Below are positions 20,301 through 29,128 of a stretch of 57,405 nt of DNA, piece after piece (the first letter of the stretch is position 1; each line of letters opens with the position of its first letter). The stretch lies in IMG/VR virus record IMGVR_UViG_3300044609_000868, positions 1 to 57,405 of that record. One strand, written 5' to 3'. The translations under genes and the position numbers were made by a program. Source of the DNA: a virus (taxonomy: Duplodnaviria > Caudoviricetes). The notes under the pieces were generated by a model, which worked only from the letters and a program-made list of their open reading frames with translations, did no database searches and was not told where the DNA came from.

Positions 20301-20903
20301 GGCACCTTCCCGCGCAACCGCAGCGTGGAGGTGAGCCGAGCCGATGCGACCGAAGCGAACGCCGTGCGGCAGACCTTCGATCTCTCCCAGTACGTGACCA
20401 ACCGCAGCCAGGCGATCCTGTTCGGCAAGCTGCTGTGCAACCAGCGCCGCCACATCCGCCGCGCGATCGACTTCTCGACCTTCCCCACCGACAGCGTGCT
20501 GGAGCCCGGCTCCTACATCTACGTGGCGATTGGCGAGAACCAATGGGACCAGGTGACCACCGGCGTGGTGGAGGCTGGCGGCGTGCTCAACACACCGATC
20601 GGGCAGGTGCCAAACGGCAGCGGCCTGAAGGCGCTGGTCTACCAGTCCGGCAGCGCCGTGATCCAGGTGGACAGCGTGACGGTGAGCAACGGCACCGCCG
20701 CAGCCTTGACGCCGTATGTCGGCCGCCTCTTTGTGCTCGGGCAGACGATCACCCGCAAGCGGGTGTTCCGCGTAACCGAAGTGCAGATGGATGAAGAGGG
20801 GCAAGTATCCGTGAGCGCCATTGAACATCCGTGCGTGCAATCGGGCGCCCAGACCTTGAGCCTGATCGCATCCTTCGCGGATAGTGGGTTCAACATTCGC
20901 TAG
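17319..20903 (+). CDS. Tail tip / central hub protein (gpJ-like)
   Basis: 1194 aa; 'QELAKYGDTVNLVY', 'ALFNQGNI', C-terminal 'FRVTEVQMDEEGQVSVSAIEH'. Confidence 0.8.
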   Translation: MTRKLLPYEHELIEILKISKEEYLDFLAVQHDFTRSREDKLQELRAEPVSIILAVVGIILQAVSYLLAPKPELPEQKNQRQRRDQTFAPRFGFNSQQELAKYGDTVNLVYCNTDQNPTGGVRVATSLIWSAVHSEGSSQFMQMLVAVGASDIQRIGPARIAFGQTPIRQLAAGKTWAYWGANRPLQFSDLIRGDQNDPTRIGEAASSFAYRATLIGDQHTDGFSQAFSPSTMTRFGVFAPIPINVNYIDRDEDGDERDAPVGVEIDGLSAYWPTSVFNDARPVVPVGQSMTLIFRRITSTQSDTARAARELRRTLSSYIDAASTYKLGSAKFRVAAPIKNVELDDGSMRVAMECIEAGVMPTEDYNTKDFKDNGKEASREIVLLKKRVTELNEQLLKNEPILKPGIGENVRARLAEIRFLKDLLVDLEDRQWSAAEIDTLVENAEYFDPVVNNFARQVDDIQEHRKNLRDAIEDELDKPSNQRNRAAIRNWRSQLQDANRRFRRLTGKLNQALRQYGLATNGNLKQDKRRLNSREENLNQEIANLTADANNLDLNAMESRDASLRSQISTTQNRITFLEDYLSRPEAWNDFFNTKCLVKMEEAGYETITECRVVDFAIKAKVFKRIQGRAKKYGEEKVKNYRDSDNGTKVRSAFFWVRYCRTGQQWSRLPYIFAVRRGADVDNFVSLKFIAGDNIGNWQFRFDPIAETAAEMRTHGFADFAYIENSGDTVVLPGPAGGQFTFVGSVRARMGLRPPLNVNPSEVDEWGLFSVRSDTQASFSFEGGPEFAITAVTEQRVEPFTNYPNLYNGLHLMGFNAYSGQGIQDLRSLSVFVLEGKKLRRLRDDGTYPSQPDGSSSYAPDIFLDTILDPQNGIGRFAKIGGVDLEALALAKRFCQRNNLFMDGVIADKAPWRQFWAEVAPFSLLELGRVGGRETLVPAVPCDNAGNITREVTITALFNQGNILEDSYREEFIDFGSNVQDLIASVIYRDTEIDGTFPRNRSVEVSRADATEANAVRQTFDLSQYVTNRSQAILFGKLLCNQRRHIRRAIDFSTFPTDSVLEPGSYIYVAIGENQWDQVTTGVVEAGGVLNTPIGQVPNGSGLKALVYQSGSAVIQVDSVTVSNGTAAALTPYVGRLFVLGQTITRKRVFRVTEVQMDEEGQVSVSAIEHPCVQSGAQTLSLIASFADSGFNIR

Positions 20904-20929
20904 CCTGACTTCAGACTGGGCCGCTGTTC

Positions 20930-21379
20930 ATGGGCTTCTACACGGGCCGCACCGGCAAACTCGAGTTCTGGGATGGCTCGGCCTACAAGCCCGTGGCCAA
21001 AATCCGTGACTGGTCGCTCGAGACCAGCGTGGAGCTGCTGAGCACCACCGCGATCGACAGCACAGCGGCCACCTACACGCCTGGCCTGAAGTCGGCATCG
21101 GGCAGCGCCACGCTGCTCTACTACCGCCTTGAGGCTGGCGAGTCGGCGACCCTGACCGAGTTCACGGCGCTGCTCAGCAAAATCCAGAAGGTCGGCGCCG
21201 TCACCGAATCCGATCGCGTGAAGCTGAAGCTGCGCGTCGCAGATAGCGTCGCCGACGACATCGAGTTCTTTGCCTACGTCACCTCTGCGCAGGTGGGCGT
21301 CAGCACCGGCGAGCTGGTGGTGGTGCCGATCCAGTTCACTGTCGACGGCGACTTCGTAGCTGGCGGCGTGATCGCATGA
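20930..21379 (+). CDS. Tail-tube-like virion protein
   Basis: 'IRDWSLETSVELLSTT...PGLKSASGS...FTVDG' resembles the tail tube fold pattern. Confidence 0.6.
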   Translation: MGFYTGRTGKLEFWDGSAYKPVAKIRDWSLETSVELLSTTAIDSTAATYTPGLKSASGSATLLYYRLEAGESATLTEFTALLSKIQKVGAVTESDRVKLKLRVADSVADDIEFFAYVTSAQVGVSTGELVVVPIQFTVDGDFVAGGVIA

Positions 21380-22251
21380 CCTTCTTCCTTGGCACCAAGG
21401 GCAACGTCAGGCTGCGGCGCGCCACGTCGGTGCTGATCAGCGCGCTGCAGGATCAGATCGATCCGGCTGACGTGAACACCAGCCTCAACCGGCTGAGCTT
21501 TGACGGCGCCGGCGAGAACCTGCTCACCGGTGACCGGGTGGACATCTCGACCACCGACGCGCGCGGCATGGTCTGCTTCACCGGCGCAGCATGGAGCAGC
21601 GGCGCCGTCGAGCCGAGCATCTCGGCCTACGTGAACGTGAACGCAGCCGGCGGCCTGCGCTTCTTCCCGACCTTCGCCGATGCGGTGAACAACACCCGCG
21701 CGAACGAGTTGGCGCTCTACGCCTTCTCCGGTGAGCCGATTCCGATCGAGTGCCGCGTGCGCGACGTGTCCTACAGCGTGCTGGGCAACGTGATTGACTA
21801 CACGCTGGCCACCGATCGTGAGGCGATCGACACCACCACGCTCAGCGACAAGTTCCGGCAGATGTATTCCGCCGGCATTCTGAGCGGCAGCGGCTCGATC
21901 ACATGCGCTTTCGACTACACCACGACCGGCGCCACTGAGTCGCCGCTGCTGATGCTGCAGCTGATCCAGCGCCTCGAGCTCGGCAGCGCCTTCGATTGCG
22001 CGCTCTACCTCACCGACAAGACGGTGGATGCTGGAGTGAACAACGTTTTCTACCAGTTCGATGCGATGGTCGCAAAGGCGGGCGTGGAAGTAAGGGCTGG
22101 AGACATCATCAATTGCACGATCGATTTCGTGACTACTGGTGAAATCAAGCTGCTGATCGGTTCGATCGAGGATTACATCCTCAAGGAGGACAACGATCGG
22201 ATCACGGTGGAGCAGTCGCTCGACTTCCTGCTGAAAGAAACTGAGGACTAA
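21376..22251 (+). CDS. Virion protein with C-terminal tail-tube-like domain
   Basis: 'DYTLATDREAIDTTTL...GILSGSGS...FVTTGEI' parallels the preceding gene. Confidence 0.6.
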   Translation: MTFFLGTKGNVRLRRATSVLISALQDQIDPADVNTSLNRLSFDGAGENLLTGDRVDISTTDARGMVCFTGAAWSSGAVEPSISAYVNVNAAGGLRFFPTFADAVNNTRANELALYAFSGEPIPIECRVRDVSYSVLGNVIDYTLATDREAIDTTTLSDKFRQMYSAGILSGSGSITCAFDYTTTGATESPLLMLQLIQRLELGSAFDCALYLTDKTVDAGVNNVFYQFDAMVAKAGVEVRAGDIINCTIDFVTTGEIKLLIGSIEDYILKEDNDRITVEQSLDFLLKETED

Positions 22252-22288
22252 CATGGTCCTGAGCAGTGGTGCCCCTGGAGGCTGAGCC

Positions 22289-25200
22289 TTGGCAGACCAA
22301 CGCATAACCCAGCTGACGGCGCTGCCCAAGGCATCGGTGGCTGCCACCGACGTGCTGCCGATCGCGGACGTTTCGGCATCGCAGACCAAGAAGGTCACCG
22401 CCAAGGATCTGGTGGATGCCGGTCTCGATCTGGTGGATGCCAGTTCGATCGACCTGGACAAGCTTGATCAGGCCAGCACCACGAAGCTCGGCACCGCAGC
22501 GCTTGCTGATGACGCAATCACCGCGGCCAAGCTCGCCGACAGCAGCTCGGTGGCGATCAGCAGCACTGCACCGACCACCAACAACTTCGACGGTCGCGGC
22601 TGGCTGAACAGCAGCACCGGCGAGCTGCAGGTCTACCGCTCCGGCGCCTATGCCGCTGTGGCGCCAGCGCTGGCTGATGGCTCGGTGACTACGGCCAAGC
22701 TGGCTGATGGTGCAGTGACCACCGCCAAGGCCAGCAACCTAGGCACCGCAGCGCTGGCGGATGGTGCTGTCACCTACGCCAAGCTTCAGGACACCAGCGG
22801 CAGCAACGTGCTGCTGGGCCGCGCAACAGCCGGCGCCGGTGATGTCGAGGAGATCACCTGCACTGCACAAGGCCGTGCGCTGCTCGATGACGCAGACGCT
22901 GCAGCACAGCGCGCCACGCTGGGGCTCGGCACACTCGCGACGCAGAACGGCACGTTCTCGGGCACACACAGCGGCACCACGTCCGGCACCAACACCGGCG
23001 ACCAGACGATCACCCTCACCGGTGATGTCACGGGCTCCGGCACCGGATCGTTCGCGGCAACTATCGCAACCGGTGCTGTGGTTGAGGCCAAGCTGGCCAG
23101 CGATGCAGTCACTACCGCCAAGGTGGCTGATGACGCCATCACTGGCGCCAAGCTTGCCGACCAGTCGGCCGCCGTGGTCGCCGCATCCACACCGGCTGGC
23201 TCGGGTGCCTTTATCGGCCAGCAGTGGCTGAACACCAACACCGGCATCGAGTACACCTGGGACGGCAGCACGTGGGTGCGCCAAGCATCGCTGAGCACGA
23301 TCAGCTTCAGCGACTCGAGCCCGCTCGCGTTCTCCGTCGCCTACCCCGACAACTACAGCGCCACGATCACCACCACGCTCGACACTCAGAGCGCGGCGCG
23401 TGTGTTCGCGGGTCCGGCCACCGGCGCCGACGCAGCGCCCACCTTCCGCGCGCTGGTGCCCGGTGATCTGCCTGATGCCACGGCCAGCACCAAGGGCATC
23501 GTGCAACCCGGTACCGGCCTGTCGGTCAGCAGCGGCACGCTGAACCACAGCAACAGCGCGACGGCCGGCACTTACACCAAGCTGACGATCGACGCGCAGG
23601 GCCACGTCACCACCGGCTCCACGCTGTCGGCTTCTGACGTGCCTGCGCTGGACGCGAGCAAGATCACCAGCGGCACCTTCGGCACGTCGTTCATCACTGA
23701 CGACGCGGTGACGGCAGCCAAGCTGGCGAACTATTCGACCGCCAAGTTCGGCGAGGCGCTGCCGGTTGCCGACTTCATCGGTCAGATCTTCTTCAATCCT
23801 CTCGACGAAGCCTTTTTCCTGTGGGACGGCAACGTCTGGCAGCCGCTGGGCATCTCGGCCGGCTCGGTGATCTTCGCCGGCACCTACAACGCCACCACCA
23901 ACCAGATCGCAACCGTAACGACCGAGGGATCCTCGATCGGTCTGACGGTTGGCAACGCTCTGCCGACCGCCAGCAGCAGCAACAACGGCTATTACGTGGT
24001 GGTTTCCACCGGTGGCACCGGTACCGCTCCGGCACCGACCACATCGCTGTCCCCGCCTGACTTGATCCTGTCCAACGGCTCAAGCTGGACGGAGATCGAC
24101 GTTTCTTCCACCTACGTCGCGCAGGCAGCCAACAACGTCAGTTTCTCGCCGGCCGCCAACATCGGCAGCACCAACGTGCAGGCGGCGATCGAGGAGGTGT
24201 CCAACGAGTGCCGCAACGCCGACAACATCACCAGCGGCACGCTGCTGGCCAGCAAGGGCGGCACCGGCAACACCAGCTACACCAAAGGTGACCTGCTGGT
24301 GGCCTCCAGCAGCACAGCGCTGAGCAAGCTCGGCGTGGGCACCAACGGCCAGGTGCTGCGCGCTAACAGCTCGACAGCCACCGGCCTCGAGTGGGGCGCC
24401 GATTACGTGGGCACCGTCACCAACGTGTCGGGCTCCGGCGCCATCTCGGTCACCGATGGCACCACCACGCCTGCGATCAGCGTGGCAACAGCCTCCACAA
24501 GCGTGGCCGGTGTGGTGCAGCTGAGTGATTCCACCGGCACCACCAGCTCGGTGCTGGCTGCCACGCCCACCGCGGTGAAGTCGGCGTATGACCTGGCTGC
24601 TGCGGCGATGCCCAAGGCGGGCGGCACTTTCACCGGTGACATCACGCTCGGCGCGAACGTCGGCATGGTGTTCGAGGGCAGCACCGACGACGCGAACGAA
24701 ACGCGGCTACTGGCGGCAGACCCCACCGCCGATCGCCTGATCTATCTGCCGAACGCAGACGGCACGCTGGTGCTCTCCGGCACGATCGTCAACGCCGACA
24801 TCGCGGCCGGTGCTGCGATCAGCGGCAGCAAGATCGTGGCAGGCACCACCAGCGTGGTGGGCGTGGTGCAGCTGACGGACTCGACCAGCTCGACTAGCAC
24901 CAGCACCGCGGCGACACCGAACGCGGTGAAGTCGGCTTACGACTTGGCGAACGCAGCGCTGCCGAAGTCCGGCGGCACGATGACCGGTGCCATCACGTTC
25001 GCGGCTGGGCAGACGATCACCGGCTACGCGGCACTGGCAACAGCGCAGAGCTTCACCGCAGCACAGCGGGGCAGCGTGGTGGCGCTCACCGATGGCGCGA
25101 CGATCACACCGGACTTCGCGGCCGGCAACAACTTCTCAGTCACGCTCGGCGGCAACCGCACACTGGCCAACCCCAGCAACCTCACTGCTGGCCAGGCCGG

Positions 25201-25381
25201 CACGATCGTGATCACGCAGGATGGCACCGGCAGCCGCACGCTGGCCTACGGCAGCCAGTGGAAGTTCCCAGGTGGCACCGCACCTACACTCACCACAACG
25301 GCCTCTGCTGTGGACGTGATCGCCTACTACGTCGAGAGCGCCACCCGCATCACCGCCCGCCTGATCTCGGACGTTAAATGA
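22289..25381 (+). CDS. Tail fibre protein
   Basis: 'MADQRITQL' start, repeated 'LADDAITAAKLAD' units, two 'GVVQL.DST..TS...AATP.AVKSAYDLA' fibre repeats; Thr/Ser/Ala-rich. Confidence 0.88.
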   Translation: MADQRITQLTALPKASVAATDVLPIADVSASQTKKVTAKDLVDAGLDLVDASSIDLDKLDQASTTKLGTAALADDAITAAKLADSSSVAISSTAPTTNNFDGRGWLNSSTGELQVYRSGAYAAVAPALADGSVTTAKLADGAVTTAKASNLGTAALADGAVTYAKLQDTSGSNVLLGRATAGAGDVEEITCTAQGRALLDDADAAAQRATLGLGTLATQNGTFSGTHSGTTSGTNTGDQTITLTGDVTGSGTGSFAATIATGAVVEAKLASDAVTTAKVADDAITGAKLADQSAAVVAASTPAGSGAFIGQQWLNTNTGIEYTWDGSTWVRQASLSTISFSDSSPLAFSVAYPDNYSATITTTLDTQSAARVFAGPATGADAAPTFRALVPGDLPDATASTKGIVQPGTGLSVSSGTLNHSNSATAGTYTKLTIDAQGHVTTGSTLSASDVPALDASKITSGTFGTSFITDDAVTAAKLANYSTAKFGEALPVADFIGQIFFNPLDEAFFLWDGNVWQPLGISAGSVIFAGTYNATTNQIATVTTEGSSIGLTVGNALPTASSSNNGYYVVVSTGGTGTAPAPTTSLSPPDLILSNGSSWTEIDVSSTYVAQAANNVSFSPAANIGSTNVQAAIEEVSNECRNADNITSGTLLASKGGTGNTSYTKGDLLVASSSTALSKLGVGTNGQVLRANSSTATGLEWGADYVGTVTNVSGSGAISVTDGTTTPAISVATASTSVAGVVQLSDSTGTTSSVLAATPTAVKSAYDLAAAAMPKAGGTFTGDITLGANVGMVFEGSTDDANETRLLAADPTADRLIYLPNADGTLVLSGTIVNADIAAGAAISGSKIVAGTTSVVGVVQLTDSTSSTSTSTAATPNAVKSAYDLANAALPKSGGTMTGAITFAAGQTITGYAALATAQSFTAAQRGSVVALTDGATITPDFAAGNNFSVTLGGNRTLANPSNLTAGQAGTIVITQDGTGSRTLAYGSQWKFPGGTAPTLTTTASAVDVIAYYVESATRITARLISDVK

Positions 25382-27783
25382 GCATCCTGAACAACAGCCT
25401 GCTACTGGGCGCTGACGCGGGCGGTTATCAGATCAGCAGGTCGCTGCGGTTCAACAGCGCAGACTCGGCCTATCTCAGCCGCACACCTGCATCAGCGGGC
25501 AACAGGAAGACCTTTACCTTTAGCTGCTGGATCAAGCGAAGCAAGGCGGGAGATTTTCGGACTATTTTTTCCGCGGCGACTGATACCTCAAATCTTTTTA
25601 TTATCAGATTCACAGATGCGGATTTGCTGGAAATTCGGTCTGCCACAGGCGGGAGCACCGTTTTTCAGCTTATTACGACACAGGTTTTTCGTGATTTCTC
25701 TGCGTGGTATCACATTGTTGTGGCTGTTGACACTACTAATGCAACAGGTGGCGACCGAGTAAGGCTTTACATCAACGGATCGGAGATTACTGTTTTCAAT
25801 ACAGACACTGTCCCAACTCAAAACGCCGACAGTTGGGCCAATAACAATGTTCTCCATGAAATCTGCAGGCAAGCCAACAACCCCAGCAACTACTATCAAG
25901 ATGGATATTTGGCCGATGTTCACTTGATTGATGGCCAGCAACTAACCCCATCAAGCTTCGCCGAAACCAACGCCACCACCGGCCAGTGGGTGCCCAAGGC
26001 TTACACCGGCAGCTACGGCACCAACGGCTTCCGCCTCGACTTCAGCGATAACAGCGCCGCGACAGCGACCACACTCGGCAAGGATCGAGCGGGCTCAAAC
26101 AACTGGACACCGAATAACCTCAGCGTCACCGCTGGTGCAGGCAACGATTCCCTCGTAGACACCCCGACTTCTTACGGCACCGACACCGGCGCTGGTGGGC
26201 AGGTGAGGGGGAATTACTGCACTTGGAATTCTCTGCGTAATGATCAGGCCGCTACGTTAAGCAACGGCAATTTAGAATTGAGCACCGCTGGCTCCACTAA
26301 CCGCAACGGAACATACGCGACAATCGGAGTCACTACTGGAAAGTGGTATTGGGAGATTACTGCCGGCTCATTGTCAACAGATGGCTACAACATCGGGATA
26401 GCGTCCTCTAATAAAGGCTTAACAGATTCACTTGGTTCAACCGCTGAAAGCTATATCTACCTTAGCGACGCCAGTAAGCGTTTTAACGGTGTTTCAAGTT
26501 CTTATGGCGCTACATACACTGCCGGCGATGTTATAGGAGTGGCTCTTGATTTGGATGCGGCGTCTTTAACTTTCTATAAAAACGGAGCGAGTCAAGGAAC
26601 TGCCTTCACAGGTATTCCTGTTAGATATTGGTTCCCAACTGTTTCTGATGACTCAGGAGGCGGTACATCCGGGTCAAGTGTTATCGCCAACTTCGGCCAA
26701 CGCTCCTTTGCTTACACCGCTCCCAGCGGCTTCAAGGCGCTGTGCGATACCAACCTGCCAGCGCCCACGATTGCGCGTCCGAGCACGGTGATGGATGTGA
26801 AGCTCTACACCGGCAATAACTCCACCAACGCAATCACTGGGCTGGGATTCTCTCCTGATTTTATATGGATCAAAGCTAGGTCCAGCGCTCTTAATCACAT
26901 CCTGTTTGATACAGTACGCACGCGAGCCTACGGATTGTATTCAAACCTTACCAATGCAGAACCTACTGCTAGCGCTGCAAACACAGATTTAGCAAGTTTT
27001 GATTCTGCTGGTTTTACGCTAGGTGGGAACTATAACTTTAACGTCAACGACAGTGGAGTATCCTTTGCCGCCTGGACCTGGGACGCCGGCTCATCAACAG
27101 TCACCAACACCAGCGGGTCGATTAGCTCGCAGGTGAGGGCTAATGCCAGTGCTGGGTTCTCGATTGTTACTTATACGGGGAATGGAAGCACTGGCGCCAC
27201 TGTAGGCCACGGGCTTGGCGTTTCTCCTGGGATGGTGATCGTTAAGCGTAGAAACGCAGCGGGGGATCATTGGCCCGTTTGGCACACTAGCCTTGGAAAC
27301 AATGCGGGTGCTTATCTTGACTTGACCAACGCATCATATTCGTCATCCGCTCATGTTCAGTCGGTTACTTCTACAACATTCATAGTTGGAACTGATACGG
27401 ATGCAAATGCAAGTGGTGGCACCTACGTCGCCTACTGCTTCGCCCCAGTAGCCGGCTACAGCGCGTTCGGCAGCTACACCGGCAATGGCAGCACGGATGG
27501 GCCGTTTGTTTATACCGGGTTTAGGCCAAGGTGGATCATGGTTAAGCGAAGCGACGCAGCTTATGAATGGTGGGTATTCGATACCGCTCGAAACACTTTC
27601 AACGTGGTCGATAAGTATATCTCACCAAATAGCAGTGCATCTGAGTACACATTTAATATCCTTGACATTAACGCTAATGGCTTCAAGCTAAGAGATGGTA
27701 GTCAGGGTTGGAATGGATCTAGCGGAACGATCATTTGGGCGGCATTTGCTGAATCACCCTTCCAATACGCCCGCGCCCGCTAG
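25378..27783 (+). CDS. Receptor-binding/fibre protein with LamG (concanavalin A-like) and SPRY domains
   Basis: 'TFSCWIKR...WYHIVVAVD...RLYING' (LamG); 'GKWYWEI...GDVIGVALDLD..LTFYKNG' (SPRY); repeated 'YTGNG'. Confidence 0.85.
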   Translation: MSILNNSLLLGADAGGYQISRSLRFNSADSAYLSRTPASAGNRKTFTFSCWIKRSKAGDFRTIFSAATDTSNLFIIRFTDADLLEIRSATGGSTVFQLITTQVFRDFSAWYHIVVAVDTTNATGGDRVRLYINGSEITVFNTDTVPTQNADSWANNNVLHEICRQANNPSNYYQDGYLADVHLIDGQQLTPSSFAETNATTGQWVPKAYTGSYGTNGFRLDFSDNSAATATTLGKDRAGSNNWTPNNLSVTAGAGNDSLVDTPTSYGTDTGAGGQVRGNYCTWNSLRNDQAATLSNGNLELSTAGSTNRNGTYATIGVTTGKWYWEITAGSLSTDGYNIGIASSNKGLTDSLGSTAESYIYLSDASKRFNGVSSSYGATYTAGDVIGVALDLDAASLTFYKNGASQGTAFTGIPVRYWFPTVSDDSGGGTSGSSVIANFGQRSFAYTAPSGFKALCDTNLPAPTIARPSTVMDVKLYTGNNSTNAITGLGFSPDFIWIKARSSALNHILFDTVRTRAYGLYSNLTNAEPTASAANTDLASFDSAGFTLGGNYNFNVNDSGVSFAAWTWDAGSSTVTNTSGSISSQVRANASAGFSIVTYTGNGSTGATVGHGLGVSPGMVIVKRRNAAGDHWPVWHTSLGNNAGAYLDLTNASYSSSAHVQSVTSTTFIVGTDTDANASGGTYVAYCFAPVAGYSAFGSYTGNGSTDGPFVYTGFRPRWIMVKRSDAAYEWWVFDTARNTFNVVDKYISPNSSASEYTFNILDINANGFKLRDGSQGWNGSSGTIIWAAFAESPFQYARAR

Positions 27784-27835
27784 TAGTGAACACGACTTCT
27801 GCCCCCGCTAACCTGACCACACGGACCTGATCGCC

Positions 27836-28354
27836 ATGTTCATCCTCGACGGCCGCCCGCTGAGTCCTGATGTGCCCTTCGAGCACGATGGCATCAGCTA
27901 CCCAGCCAACTGGCTCCGGCTTGCCACTCCCGAAGAGCGTGCAGCGATCGGCATCACTGAAGTGCCAGATCCTGCTCCCTACGACCAGCGCTTCTACTGG
28001 GGCTACACCGAAGACGGTGAGCTGATTCCCAAAGACCACACCCAGCTGGTGGAGCAGTGGACCCAGCAGACACGCACTACGGCCGGCACCATGCTCACCC
28101 CCACCGACTGGCTGGTGGTCCGCGAGCTCGACAACGGCACCGCGGTCCCCGGGGCATGGAAGACCTGGCGCCAAGCCGTCCGAGATGCTTCCGAGCTCAA
28201 AGTCAGCGAGATCGAACAGACCGTCACCACCGAAGAGCTGGCGGCATACATTACGGGCGCCGACTATCCGGTTTGGCCGCGTGATCCCAATGCTCCTCCT
28301 GAGCCTGCTCCTGCTGATGGGGTTCAGCCTGCTGTCGATGGCGAGGCAGTCTGA
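27836..28354 (+). CDS. Tail fibre assembly chaperone-like protein
   Basis: 'YPANWLRLAT.EE', 'LTPTDWLVVR...WKTWRQAVRD', 'WP.DP'. Confidence 0.7.
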   Translation: MFILDGRPLSPDVPFEHDGISYPANWLRLATPEERAAIGITEVPDPAPYDQRFYWGYTEDGELIPKDHTQLVEQWTQQTRTTAGTMLTPTDWLVVRELDNGTAVPGAWKTWRQAVRDASELKVSEIEQTVTTEELAAYITGADYPVWPRDPNAPPEPAPADGVQPAVDGEAV

Positions 28355-28506
28355 TGGCGGTTAAGTCGAAGGCCGGCGTCGCTCGCGTCGAGCATCAGCC
28401 AGGCAAGCCCAAGCGGACCCGGCAAGGCCGATCGCTGCGCACCAAGCTCAGCGGCACCAGTCGGAACCCAAGACGAGCCAAGCGTTATCGCGGGCAGGGT
28501 CGGTAA
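28354..28506 (+). CDS. Small Arg/Lys-rich protein (50 aa, ends KRYRGQGR)
   Basis: Translated by hand; coupled to neighbours on both sides; below the ORF-track cutoff. Confidence 0.75.
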   Translation: MAVKSKAGVARVEHQPGKPKRTRQGRSLRTKLSGTSRNPRRAKRYRGQGR

Positions 28507-28658
28507 TGACGGCCCACGAGCGGGAAAACTGGCGCAAGATCAAGGAAGCGCTGGAAGCCGCGGGCAAAACCGACAACTGGTACTACAAGCGCGCCGTTGC
28601 AATCCTCGCCGGCGCGCCCGATCCTCTCGGCGATGGACCCAGCATCCCTGCTGGTTAG
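28506..28658 (+). CDS. Small conserved protein (50 aa, 'ENWRKIKEALEAAGKTDNWYYKRAVAI')
   Basis: Translated by hand; TAATG coupling. Confidence 0.75.
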   Translation: MTAHERENWRKIKEALEAAGKTDNWYYKRAVAILAGAPDPLGDGPSIPAG

Positions 28659-28682
28659 GATCCTTTGGTTGCAGGGCAACGC

Positions 28683-28946
28683 ATGGAGCGAGAGGTTTCC
28701 CACGCTGAGATCTACAGAGAGCTTGGTGTGCTCCAAGGCAAGATGGACGCCATCCTGCTGAGCCAGACGCGAGATGATGACGAAAAGAAGAACATTTTCG
28801 ATCGTCTTGGGAAGCTCGAAACACGCATGGCGCAGGTCGTACTTGTAGCTGTCATCGCAAGCCTGGTGCTGCCGCCCTTGGCGTCATTTATGGGCCAGCA
28901 CTTACAGCTCAACCTCAGGCCAACGACTGCCGTCATCAACAGATAG
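28683..28946 (+). CDS. Coiled-coil protein with C-terminal transmembrane segment (lysis region)
   Basis: 'IFDRLGKLETRMAQVVLVAVIASLVLP'. Confidence 0.65.
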   Translation: MEREVSHAEIYRELGVLQGKMDAILLSQTRDDDEKKNIFDRLGKLETRMAQVVLVAVIASLVLPPLASFMGQHLQLNLRPTTAVINR

Positions 28947-28981
28947 GGCTAGCCTGAAGGAGACCAGCCATGCCCGGCAAC

Positions 28982-29122
28982 ATGGACCCCGATACCGTGG
29001 CGATCATCGCGATCGTCGTCGCTGCAGCCTCTGAAGCCATTGCGCTCAGCCCGCTGCGCGCCAACAGCATTGTTCAACTGGTGCTGCAGTTTCTGCGCCT
29101 TGCCTTCCCAAAAAAGCGCTGA
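28982..29122 (+). CDS. Putative holin-like small membrane protein
   Basis: MDPDTVAIIAIVVAAASEAIALSPLRANSIVQLVLQFLRLAFPKKR; directly before the endolysin; alternative in-frame ATG at 28970. Confidence 0.6.
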   Translation: MDPDTVAIIAIVVAAASEAIALSPLRANSIVQLVLQFLRLAFPKKR

Positions 29123-29128
29123 GCGCCC

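Noticed and set aside
954-23605. Long antisense ORFs (for example 954-2246, 4005-4901, 8966-10063, 19599-20840, 21274-22461, 22739-23605)
   Set aside because: Shadows of GC-rich sense genes with strong codon bias; no recognisable motifs.
25378-27783. Diversity-generating retroelement or invertible shufflon acting on the receptor-binding gene
   Set aside because: No reverse transcriptase, template/variable repeat pair, invertase or flanking inverted repeats seen.
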